Below, piece by piece: positions 27,807 through 35,566 of a stretch of 64,000 bases of DNA. A program made the translations under genes and the position numbers. Origin of the DNA: Candidatus Saccharimonadales bacterium (GTDB taxonomy: Bacteria > Patescibacteriota > Saccharimonadia > Saccharimonadales > SZUA-47); contig JBGSRU010000009.1 in assembly GCA_041737385.1 (NCBI GenBank), positions 7,015 through 71,014 of the forward strand. The letters run 5' to 3'. The stretch's first letter is position 1; the number at the start of each line of letters is the position of its first letter. A model generated the notes under the pieces. It ran no database searches, was not told where the DNA came from, and worked only from the letters and a program-made list of their open reading frames with translations.

Positions 27807-28612
27807 TATTGTTTCTGCTCCATTGTTAAATAAGTGTTTCGAATAGCTTCAATTAGATCGTTATCTAGCTCATTACTCCTAGCCATTTCTGATAGTAGAG
27901 CTAGGTCTTTTTTGGGTACTTGGCTTGGCTTGAATGCTATATTGGCTGTCATCATCTCCGCTAAGTCTTCTTTCCATACTTGTCCAAAATTATCTAATGA
28001 TTGCTCGCTCATGAAATCGTAAACAGCAGGTATATTTGCACCATACTTACTTAGTAGCCTGTGGGCTTCTACTCCGACTGCTAGGTTTGCATATCTAGCA
28101 AGGTTAAATGTGAGCTTTGCGAGTGTAGCAGAAGGAATATCTCCCATATATCGTGTACTACCCATAGCCTCAAACACTTCTTTATTATCTTCAAATGCTT
28201 TTTTTGAACCCTCAACTAAAAACTCAATTGTTCCACTAGTTGCATGGTTCTTGCCACCAATCATAGGTGAACTTAAAAATTGTTTGCCTTTAGACTCAAA
28301 TATACTCGCAAACTCTTTAGCTATTTCAGGTGTTAATGTACTTGTCTCAATAATCGTCACGATGTTGTTGTTTTCGGCGAGTAATTCTTCAATAACTGTT
28401 CGAGAAGCATCTGGATTAGGTAAACAGAGTATGACAACTTCACTAACATTAGCAATGTCGGTAACACTATTCGCCTTTTGAATACCAAATTGTTGAAGCT
28501 TAGTTGTTTGTTCATTATCAGTATCGAAGCCTATTAAGCTAAAGTCCTTAGAAAGTATGTTTTTCGCCATACCACTTCCCATGTTTCCTAGACCTACAAA
28601 ACCAATTTTCAT
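27806..28612 (-). CDS. NAD(P)-dependent oxidoreductase (3-hydroxyisobutyrate/6-phosphogluconate dehydrogenase-like)
   Basis: MKIGFVGLGNMGSGMAKN Rossmann start. ATG 28612 is preferred over the 30-codon upstream extension in the track. Confidence 0.75.
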   Translation of the reverse strand: MKIGFVGLGNMGSGMAKNILSKDFSLIGFDTDNEQTTKLQQFGIQKANSVTDIANVSEVVILCLPNPDASRTVIEELLAENNNIVTIIETSTLTPEIAKEFASIFESKGKQFLSSPMIGGKNHATSGTIEFLVEGSKKAFEDNKEVFEAMGSTRYMGDIPSATLAKLTFNLARYANLAVGVEAHRLLSKYGANIPAVYDFMSEQSLDNFGQVWKEDLAEMMTANIAFKPSQVPKKDLALLSEMARSNELDNDLIEAIRNTYLTMEQKQ

Positions 28613-28876
28613 AACTACATAATAACAGGGCAAAATTGGAATAGCCACACAATACCTCAACATATACCTTAAAGCTTGTCCAGTGCTCTTAGGATGCTTC
28701 ACAGAGCAACTTTTAACTAAGGGTTCTTGTTCATCTTTTGCATTGTACGAATACCGAGCGACTGCTCACGATTTTTTTTCTTAGATTTTCTACCCTCAAC
28801 GCCATTTATTCACGCAACAATACTATTATTATCTGACAGTGGTTTTCTTAAAAACTCAGTAAACGTATGAGAGTTC

Positions 28877-29107
28877 TTAGGCAATTGTCCAGAAATTCAT
28901 CGTAACTTTGGTTTGGTTTTCTTTGGCGGTAGTTATTCTTTCGGCGAATACCTGATTGTTCTTCAGATAGTAATAAAAACTACTCCTCGAAATCCCTGCA
29001 AAGCGACAACTGTCGGTAATGTTGGTGTTATGGGATATTGCGTCAGCCAAGATAATGACTGTACGCATAGTTATAATTTGTGGTCTTCCTACTGATTTCT
29101 TAATCAT
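28877..29107 (-). CDS. Small helix-turn-helix protein (candidate element regulator or directionality factor)
   Basis: 76 aa. ITDSCRFAGISRSSFYYYLK is a resolvase/transposase-type HTH. Confidence 0.45.
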   Translation of the reverse strand: MIKKSVGRPQIITMRTVIILADAISHNTNITDSCRFAGISRSSFYYYLKNNQVFAERITTAKENQTKVTMNFWTIA

Positions 29108-29192
29108 TAAACTCCTTTTGTTTTGATATGTATCTATTTTAATTATCTCATTTACACTATTTTGGGTAGGTAACCTATAATATTAAATAATT

Positions 29193-30041
29193 ATGGGTAC
29201 TCCAAAACCGAAGAAAGCTAACGACTATGCAGTAGCAAAAGCACTGAACGAGGTGGTCTATAGTATATTGGTCTTTGTATATGCGGGATGGGGTACTGAT
29301 CTATATAAAGAACATGAAATTGCGGAGATTAACCGCACATACATTCTGATAACGCACGAATTAGAAAAAATATACGCACGTAACCCCGAATTACTTGCAA
29401 TAAAGCCCGATCCGATTTGGAGACTTTTTGAAGTACTGAAAAACACCACGGAGACTATAGCCGACCACTTTAGTGATTCCGACGACCATGGTGCAGAGCA
29501 TACAGTAAGGGTAGAAAAGTTATGTATCCTTGCTGGTGTAGATGAGCCAAGTTATACACCAGAGCAACAGAAATTGGTGGATAATTCTAAAGTGGCAATT
29601 AGTAATTATGCTGCGTTGGTCAAGAAGGAAGGCGAGAAATTGTTAGCAGTAAAAAAAGAATACGGCTGGGAGATGATGAATTACTATCTGACTTACAAAC
29701 CAGACGGCACAATCTTGATAAACGACGTATTGAAACTTAAGAAAGTTCATGCAGGATCCATCACGGAAAAGTTGCTAGAACAATCCATAAAGAATCCTAA
29801 TACTAAATTCAAGCCAGAACTCGGAAAGACAGCGAGAAATATCAGCACAATAGTTAGTAGTGCTGGCTTTACGCCTGTTCTAAGGGATTTGTTTTTCCCA
29901 ACTGTTAGTGGTGACACCGTCGTATTCCGTCCATTTGTATCTAAATTACAGGCAGATACAGAACGCATAGATAGAGATGAACTAGATTTGCAGCTCAGAG
30001 AAAACGGTGCTATCTGCAGAGTAGTATTTGAACCAAAGTGA
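29193..30041 (+). CDS. Hypothetical protein (282 aa) within the island
   Basis: Long ORF in which I recognised no family. Confidence 0.45.
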   Translation: MGTPKPKKANDYAVAKALNEVVYSILVFVYAGWGTDLYKEHEIAEINRTYILITHELEKIYARNPELLAIKPDPIWRLFEVLKNTTETIADHFSDSDDHGAEHTVRVEKLCILAGVDEPSYTPEQQKLVDNSKVAISNYAALVKKEGEKLLAVKKEYGWEMMNYYLTYKPDGTILINDVLKLKKVHAGSITEKLLEQSIKNPNTKFKPELGKTARNISTIVSSAGFTPVLRDLFFPTVSGDTVVFRPFVSKLQADTERIDRDELDLQLRENGAICRVVFEPK

Positions 30042-30182
30042 ACCGAAAAGAACCATATGAAACGACATCAAACTGATACAGCGACTTAAAGATATATAAG
30101 TTCTTTAATGGTGATAGGACGAATAATCCGAGTTCACCTAACTATAATCGTCTTGTTAGGAGGGCTCGAATACGGAGCCGAT

Positions 30183-30368
30183 ATGTCATTAAGTAATGAG
30201 CAAGAAAATAAGAATGTTACCAGTCAAGAAACTAACAGCATAAGCGATACAAGAATAAACCTAGCTGCCGTTGTCATTGGGCTAGAAAAAACTAGAGCCA
30301 CAATACAAGATTTAACAGATAACGAACTGTATGTATTCGATTTGCACGGGAACAAAGTATTACTATAA
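30183..30368 (+). CDS. Small hypothetical protein
   Basis: An internal ATG with a GGAG-like RBS is preferred over the 30108 start. Support is weak. Confidence 0.25.
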   Translation: MSLSNEQENKNVTSQETNSISDTRINLAAVVIGLEKTRATIQDLTDNELYVFDLHGNKVLL

Positions 30369-30420
30369 ATATTTAGCAAGAGTCTACACGAACTATTGAA
30401 TCAGTCTATAATACGACTAA

Positions 30421-32085
30421 ATGAATGATGATATAGCAACAACCAAACAATTATTACAGATGATGCAGACCTTGTATCCTAATCAGGATCCAAGAGATAT
30501 TGACCCAACAACTTTGCGATATGTCATATATGCTAGAAAATCTACTAGAAGTGAAGAACGACAAGAACGAAGTATACCTGACCAGATTGCAGACTGTTAT
30601 CTCAGAGAGGTAGACCTATACGGGTTAACCGTTATTGGTAAGCCAATCCGTGAGAAGCAAAGTGCAAAAGAACCAGATATACGACCTAAGTTTCGACAGA
30701 TGATTGATGACATAAAAGCTGGTAAGTATGACGGTATCATCGCATGGCACCCTGATAGGCTTGCAAGGAATATGAAAGAGGCAGGAGAGATAATTGACCT
30801 ACTGGACAAGGGCATTCTTAAAGACATACGCTTCGCTACAAGTAGCTTTGAAAACAGCCCAACAGGTAAGATGTTACTCGGCATATCTTTTGTTCTATCT
30901 AAACAGTATTCAGAGCACTTGAGTGAAAGCGTAACAAGAGGTAATAGACGTAAGACAGAAGGTGGTGTGTTCTTCGCTGATATGAAGCACGGTTACTACA
31001 TAGGGGACGGTAAGCTGTTTCCTGACGGCAATAACTTCATACTTATTAGACAAGCATTTGAGAAACGTCTTGAGGGTTGGGGTCAGAAAGAAATAGCTAA
31101 CTGGCTAAATACTCAAGGCTATATGATTAGAAAAAAGAACAAAAAGCCCCAAACATTCAAGTGGGACAAGGACAATATTAGTAAGCTATTTCGTGATACG
31201 ACTAATGCTGGAGTTCTTAAATACGGTCAGACATTCACTGACCTGACAGACTTTTATGATTTTGAAGCTGTTGTATCTGTTGAAGAGTTTCTTAAAATCA
31301 ACAAGGTCAAAGACTTGTCTGATCCTAAGCTAATGTCATCAATCTTGGTCAAGTCTAGAGAAGCCACGAAAGCAAATCTGTTAAGGGGTATGGTGTATTG
31401 TGGTTTTTGCGGTAAATCTTTTAGCTCTGGAATAACTGTCAAAAAAGACAAAGAAACTAGAAAGATACTCACTAGTCGTTACTTTTACCGATGTGAAAAC
31501 GAAGAATGTGAATTTAAGAATAAAAGTGTCAGAGCAAAAACTGTAATAGAGGTTGCAATCAAGTTCCTGTCTGAGCACCTGTACACGACTAAAGATAACT
31601 ATGATAGATATGTCTCTGACGCTAAAGAGTACGCTTCTACACAAGCCAAAGCTCTTGATGGCGACATTGCCAGCTTAGCTCGACAAATAGGCAATAAGAA
31701 AGCCGAGTACAGTCGCACAAAAGAGATTATCAGAGACAAGCCAGCTCTTGCCAAGCACTACAACTTAGATGAGATTGAAGCTGAGCTAAAAGCCATTACT
31801 ACTGACCACGACAAGCTTGCTAAGAGCCGTAAAGACCTCAAGCAATCGGTTTTGGAATATTCTGAATATCTCGAACTTTTTGAAAACATAGGTGTTATTT
31901 TAACAAAAACGCATGATATGGGGTTATTAGACGAGAACATCAAAAAGTTCTTCTTGAACTTTTCTGTGAAGCAATGGGGACTAGGTAAAAAACAGAGGTC
32001 AGAAGTTACCTTCAACTTAAATGAACCCTTCGCAGGGTTCATAAAATCGAACAATTTCGTTCATGGTCGGGGTGAGAGGACTTGA
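30421..32085 (+). CDS. Large serine recombinase (integrase)
   Basis: Resolvase catalytic domain (YVIYARKSTRSEERQERSIPDQ, DGIIAWHPDRLARN), recombinase domain, zinc ribbon (CGFCGK...CENEEC) and a coiled coil. The last 22 nt overlap the 3' end of tRNA-Pro. Confidence 0.9.
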   Translation: MNDDIATTKQLLQMMQTLYPNQDPRDIDPTTLRYVIYARKSTRSEERQERSIPDQIADCYLREVDLYGLTVIGKPIREKQSAKEPDIRPKFRQMIDDIKAGKYDGIIAWHPDRLARNMKEAGEIIDLLDKGILKDIRFATSSFENSPTGKMLLGISFVLSKQYSEHLSESVTRGNRRKTEGGVFFADMKHGYYIGDGKLFPDGNNFILIRQAFEKRLEGWGQKEIANWLNTQGYMIRKKNKKPQTFKWDKDNISKLFRDTTNAGVLKYGQTFTDLTDFYDFEAVVSVEEFLKINKVKDLSDPKLMSSILVKSREATKANLLRGMVYCGFCGKSFSSGITVKKDKETRKILTSRYFYRCENEECEFKNKSVRAKTVIEVAIKFLSEHLYTTKDNYDRYVSDAKEYASTQAKALDGDIASLARQIGNKKAEYSRTKEIIRDKPALAKHYNLDEIEAELKAITTDHDKLAKSRKDLKQSVLEYSEYLELFENIGVILTKTHDMGLLDENIKKFFLNFSVKQWGLGKKQRSEVTFNLNEPFAGFIKSNNFVHGRGERT

Positions 32086-32140
32086 ACCTCCGACCTCGCG
32101 GTCCCAAACCGCGCACTCTAGCCAACTGAGCTACACCCCG
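32064..32140 (-). tRNA. tRNA-Pro (anticodon UGG), CCA encoded
   Basis: CGGGGTG-TA-GCTC-AGTTGGCTA-GAGT-G-CGCGG-TTTGGGA-CCGCG-AGGTC-GGAGG-TTCAAGT-CCTCT-CACCCCG-A-CCA. A TATAAT box lies at 32154-32159. Confidence 0.92.
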
Positions 32141-32188
32141 ATGATGTATATGTATTATAACTTATAAAGGTTCAAATCTGAGGACTTG

Positions 32189-32275
32189 GTCACGTACCGC
32201 GACCCCGTCGCCACTTCTTTGAAAACAAGTTTACAAGAGTGAACTCCCTTGCGAAGTGCGCAATCGGCACTTCTC
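32189..32275 (-). repeat. Three-hairpin module, copy B
   Basis: The minus strand reads GAGAAGTGCCGATTGCGCACTTCGCAAGGGAG...CGGGGTCGCGGTACGTGAC, flanked by a tRNA 5' fragment and CAAGTCCTCA. Confidence 0.7.
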
Positions 32276-32302
32276 ACTCTAGCCAACTGAGCTACACTCT
32301 GG
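32276..32302 (-). pseudogene. tRNA 5' fragment (acceptor plus D arm only)
   Basis: CCAGAGTGTAGCTCAGTTGGCTAGAGT. Its 21-nt D-arm region is identical to tRNA-Pro, the acceptor strand differs, and there is no anticodon arm. Confidence 0.7.
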
Positions 32303-32435
32303 AATCAGCGTGTGATGATTCGGTTGCTGTTCCGCTCACAAAACAAGTTTGATGAACGAATCAAGCAACCGAATTAAGCCACTGATTCTTCAAATTCGAA
32401 AACCCTCTCTCAAATTTGGTTTAGCTACGAATATC
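32303..32435 (-). repeat. Conserved structured region, copy 1 (pairs with 46887-47020)
   Basis: Shared blocks are CGTGTGATGATT, GCC..GATTC and AGCTAC.AATA. The 11-bp stems covary, and the terminal hairpin at 32391-32418 pairs fully only on the minus strand (two G-T pairs). Confidence 0.6.
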
Positions 32436-32492
32436 TTCGGAATTTACTTCGGTAATTATAACGCAGTTAGAAGTCTTTTTCCAGTGGTATAA

Positions 32493-33158
32493 TTGGGAGC
32501 AATGATACCAGAACTATTACTCGCCGTTGTTCCTGTTGCGCTTATATTAGTTATATCAGAATATCTTTGGCGAAAAAAAATTGCAAAAGGTGAGCGTGCA
32601 AGAAAATTTATTCATATACTTTCCGGAGTGTGGATGGCATTTTGGCCTTTGTATCTGCCATATGAGGGAATTTTTATTTTAGGAACTGCAGCGCTATCAC
32701 TTCTTATATACTCACGTATAACGAATCTATTCCACGCAATTTATGCGGTAAAACGAAAGACTTACGGAGACGTGTTGTTTGCTGTTGCAATAATGGTATG
32801 TGCATATTTAGCCAAAGCAGACTGGATTTTCACTACTTCTATTCTATTCATGGCGCTTGCTGATGGAGGCGCTGCTGTTGCTGGGAGACTTTGGGGCGTC
32901 TCTAATCAGTATTTTGTACTTGGATATAAAGCACTCAAAAAAAGTGTTGCTGGAACAATGGCCTTTATCGTTCTTGCGTACGTAGCGATTGCTTGTGGAT
33001 GGATACTGGGCGGTGAAGAAATTATACGAAGTAACACAATAGTCGTTTTAATTACCCTACCGATAGTCGCGACATTACTTGAGAACTTTGCACCATATGG
33101 TTTAGATAATTTATTATCGCCTGTATTTGTGACTATACTACTGAATTCTTTGCAATAA
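32493..33158 (+). CDS. Polytopic membrane protein, phosphatidate cytidylyltransferase/polyprenol kinase superfamily-like
   Basis: 6-7 TM helices, with KFIHILSG and a C-terminal region that resemble this superfamily. Confidence 0.4.
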   Translation: MGAMIPELLLAVVPVALILVISEYLWRKKIAKGERARKFIHILSGVWMAFWPLYLPYEGIFILGTAALSLLIYSRITNLFHAIYAVKRKTYGDVLFAVAIMVCAYLAKADWIFTTSILFMALADGGAAVAGRLWGVSNQYFVLGYKALKKSVAGTMAFIVLAYVAIACGWILGGEEIIRSNTIVVLITLPIVATLLENFAPYGLDNLLSPVFVTILLNSLQ

Positions 33159-33197
33159 TTTCTCATAGAGCTGGGATCTATTCGAACTAATAAGTAT

Positions 33198-33683
33198 TTA
33201 GTTGTCTCGGTGTACTCCGTCAGTGTGTCGCTTGCCCTTGCCTAAGTATTTCTGCTCGATACCACCTACAGCAGCATTGACAAGTACAACAAGAATTGTA
33301 AGAGAGATTGCTAAGAAGTATTTTTCAAGAGAAACAGTAATTCCTATACCTGCTGCGAAAAGGATTGAAGCTGCAGTAGTCAGATAATATACTTGATGAT
33401 CTTTCTCGCTTTTTAATACAGTACCTGCGCCTATAAAGCTAATACCGACAATAATAGCCTCTAGTACGCGCACCGGATCAGCAGAAACATTATCATAAGT
33501 TTGGTTAAAGTCTTGAATGAGGAGATTGCTAAGCGCAATGACGAGCGCAGCGGTACCAGTGACAAACATGTGAGTTCTAATTCCTGCTGGCTTCCTCGCA
33601 AGTTCTCGCTCAATGCCAATAACACCGCCAAGGCAGACTGCTACGATAACCTTCAAAAGAATATCTAGTTCATCGGTGCTCAT
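33198..33683 (-). CDS. MgtC/SapB family membrane protein
   Basis: GIERELARKPAGIRTHMFV motif, 161 aa. Confidence 0.8.
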   Translation of the reverse strand: MSTDELDILLKVIVAVCLGGVIGIERELARKPAGIRTHMFVTGTAALVIALSNLLIQDFNQTYDNVSADPVRVLEAIIVGISFIGAGTVLKSEKDHQVYYLTTAASILFAAGIGITVSLEKYFLAISLTILVVLVNAAVGGIEQKYLGKGKRHTDGVHRDN

Positions 33684-33793
33684 CCCAGTAGTAATCTTTC
33701 TGTGTTATTACATATTATGATGTCCATAGTTCAGCGAACTTACTACGGGACACGTTGAGCATAAGTATTACAGAACCAAAATAATTTAGCAAC

Positions 33794-33822
33794 AAAAAAG
33801 CCTGAAAATTTTTCAGGCTTTT
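33794..33822 (-). terminator. Terminator directly after tRNA-His
   Basis: AAAAGCCTGAAAA-A-TTTTCAGGCTTTTT on the minus strand. Confidence 0.7.
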
Positions 33823-33824
33823 CT

Positions 33825-33900
33825 TGGGGCGAATGAGGAGAATCGAACTCCCGTCTTCTGAACCACAACCAGACGTTCTAACCGTTGAACTACATCCGCC
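33825..33900 (-). tRNA. tRNA-His (anticodon GUG) with encoded G-1 and CCA
   Basis: G-GCGGATG-TA-GTTC-AACGGTTA-GAAC-G-TCTGG-TTGTGGT-TCAGA-AGAC-GGGAG-TTCGATT-CTCCT-CATTCGC-C-CCA. Confidence 0.9.
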
Positions 33901-33994
33901 ATAACTATTAATGGAACAGGGGTAATTTTACCTTTTTCTGCGCAAAATTGCAATCTTTGCTACACTATCTGCATAGCTAGGAAAAAACAAACAT

Positions 33995-34624
33995 ATGAAA
34001 ATTGCAATTGATGAATCCGGTGATAGTGGACGTAAGTTCTGGAGAGGTTCTAGTAGATGGTTTATTTTAACGGCTGTAATTGTCTCTGATAGTGAATACT
34101 GTGGCCCAACCTGTCAGGCTGTAGATCAATACAGAAAAATTAATGGGAACGGTGCAGAGCTGCATTTTGCGCATAATTCTCATTTGCAGCATACAGAGTT
34201 CTTGTCTTATATGCATGATAAAGAATTTGTCTTTGCGAGCGTTGTCATAGACAAAAAGTTGTTGTTTAGACGCAAGCCACAATTGTTCCGGAGTAAAATG
34301 ATATTTTTACAATTTGCATTTGACCGACTTTTTCAAGAACTGCACCCATGGCTAGATAATCCTGTGGTACTTATAGATACCGCGGGCCCCAAGCATTTTA
34401 ATCGTGCATTGTCTCGTCACTTGATGAGACTATTTGGCCCAAAGCATAAAGGCGATATCAGCTCGATCTCACAAGCAAAAGCAGTAGATAGTAGAAGCGA
34501 GCCACTTGTTCAGCTTGCGGACTATGTTTGTGGAGCAATTCACCACCATGTTGACGGAGCGCATCCTACGAGTAACACATTTGAAAATCTTCTTAGCGAT
34601 AAAGGGAAGATATTCTACGTTTAA
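33995..34624 (+). CDS. DUF3800 domain protein
   Basis: MKIAIDESGDSG start and LVQLADYVCGAI near the C-terminus, both typical of DUF3800. Confidence 0.7.
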   Translation: MKIAIDESGDSGRKFWRGSSRWFILTAVIVSDSEYCGPTCQAVDQYRKINGNGAELHFAHNSHLQHTEFLSYMHDKEFVFASVVIDKKLLFRRKPQLFRSKMIFLQFAFDRLFQELHPWLDNPVVLIDTAGPKHFNRALSRHLMRLFGPKHKGDISSISQAKAVDSRSEPLVQLADYVCGAIHHHVDGAHPTSNTFENLLSDKGKIFYV

Positions 34625-34787
34625 GACGGTAGTTATGGCTTCATAACAGACTTTTTTTACATTTGTTTCTATATTGAGCCGCAACTTTTTGTATTCTCAC
34701 TAGATCGGTTTATATGAAGGTTGTCTTGGTTAATTCAACCGGCATCTGCCACGGTCTTACTCGCAACAAGTTACAAATCAGCCGCAG

Positions 34788-34858
34788 CCCCGCCTCGCGC
34801 TTGGCATTGCCCGGCTCTTATATTGGTATGCCGGGAGGGATAAGAAGAATCCGCGGGG
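34788..34858. ncRNA. Candidate structured RNA (GC-rich nested helices), strand undetermined
   Basis: CCCCGC (34788-34793) pairs with GCGGGG (34853-34858) and CCCGGC (34810-34815) pairs with GCCGGG (30-35). The segment is a locally GC-rich island with no credible ORF. Confidence 0.3.
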
Positions 34859-34882
34859 TTTCTAACTCGGTTTGCCTTAAAC

Positions 34883-35110
34883 TCAAGGAATGAGGTGAAG
34901 TAGAATCCAGCCGAATGCGTCCCATACGCTGTTTGAGCCACGTCGTAGTAGCCACCAACCAAAAACTGTCACACTCAAACCAATACATACGGCTAGAATT
35001 TTATCACCTAACTCAATATTGCCAATAAGTATAAAAATGACAGAAACACCTATACCAATAAGAAACATAGGAACACCAAGGATTATGCAAAGTGCTTTTT
35101 TGACTGTCAT
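34883..35110 (-). CDS. Small two-TM membrane protein
   Basis: The internal start MTVKKALCIILG is preferred. The ORF is hydrophobic and I recognised no family. Confidence 0.35.
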   Translation of the reverse strand: MTVKKALCIILGVPMFLIGIGVSVIFILIGNIELGDKILAVCIGLSVTVFGWWLLRRGSNSVWDAFGWILLHLIP

Positions 35111-35170
35111 GAGTATATTGTAACAAACAAAAATACCTCCGTTGGGGGTATTTTTAAGATACATAGAAAT

Positions 35171-35359
35171 TAGTACCTCAGGAGGGAATCGATCTACCTT
35201 CGGCAGCCCCGAAACTACATCTATGAAAGCAATCTTTCAAGTGAAGGTTTCCTTACAAACTGCCACAGGCAGTTTTCACCCCGACCTTTTTGGTCGGGCG
35301 TTCGACTCGCTTCGCGAGTACCAAACTAAAAACCAGCCTAGAAAGGCTGGACTTTAGTT
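35171..35359. mobile_element. Miniature cargo-less insertion at the 3' end of tRNA-Arg(UCU)
   Basis: It begins with a 19/22 copy of the tRNA-Arg 3' end (35171-35192). It then carries module C1, an inverted degenerate copy of the tRNA 3' part ending in ACCA (35292-35323), and a hairpin. Confidence 0.5.
35193..35277 (-). repeat. Three-hairpin module, copy C1
   Basis: The minus strand reads GAAAACTGCCTGTGGCAGTTTGTAAGGAAAC...CGGGGCTGCCGAAGGTAGA, flanked by GGTCGGGGT and TCGATTCCCTCC. Confidence 0.7.
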
Positions 35360-35362
35360 TGG
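35321..35362 (-). terminator. Hairpin/terminator abutting the CCA end of tRNA-Arg(UCU)
   Basis: An 18-nt-arm stem, CCAAACTAAAAACCAGCC..GGCTGGACTTTAGTTTGG, with two mismatches. Confidence 0.55.
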
Positions 35363-35436
35363 TACCCCGGGAGGGAATCGAACCCCCGACCTGTGGGATA
35401 GAAGCCCATTGCTCTAATCCGCTGAGCTACCGGGGC
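35360..35436 (-). tRNA. tRNA-Arg (anticodon UCU), CCA encoded
   Basis: GCCCCGG-TA-GCTC-AGCGGATTA-GAGC-A-ATGGG-CTTCTAT-CCCAC-AGGTC-GGGGG-TTCGATT-CCCTC-CCGGGGT-A-CCA. A TATAAT box lies at 35452-35457. Confidence 0.9.
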
Positions 35437-35480
35437 GAGTACCAGATAAGTATTATAACAGGGGTTCGATCCAGAATCGA

Positions 35481-35566
35481 GCCACCTTTGGCGGCCCTGA
35501 AACTTCATGATTGAAAAACAAGTTTTCATCAGAAGATTTCCTTGCAAAATGCTACCAGCATTTCTC
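35481..35566 (-). repeat. Three-hairpin module, copy C2
   Basis: The minus strand reads GAGAAATGCTGGTAGCATTTTGCAAGGAAATC...CAGGGCCGCCAAAGGTGGC. Confidence 0.7.

Larger units (their letters stand above)
24109..32085. mobile_element. Integrated element at the 3' end of tRNA-Pro (serine recombinase, mer module and accessory genes); left boundary uncertain and may extend to 23006
   Basis: The recombinase abuts and overlaps tRNA-Pro. The distal end carries an 11-nt tRNA-Pro T-arm fragment plus module A. The cargo is accessory and more AT-rich by eye. Confidence 0.55.

Noticed and set aside
35526-35532. CUGAUGA (hammerhead core-like) sequence on the minus strand inside module C2
   Set aside because: It lies within the paired stem of hairpin 2, and the other four copies have different sequences at that position (CTCTTGC, CACTTGA, CTCTTGT, CTTCATC). 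It is therefore not a conserved ribozyme core.
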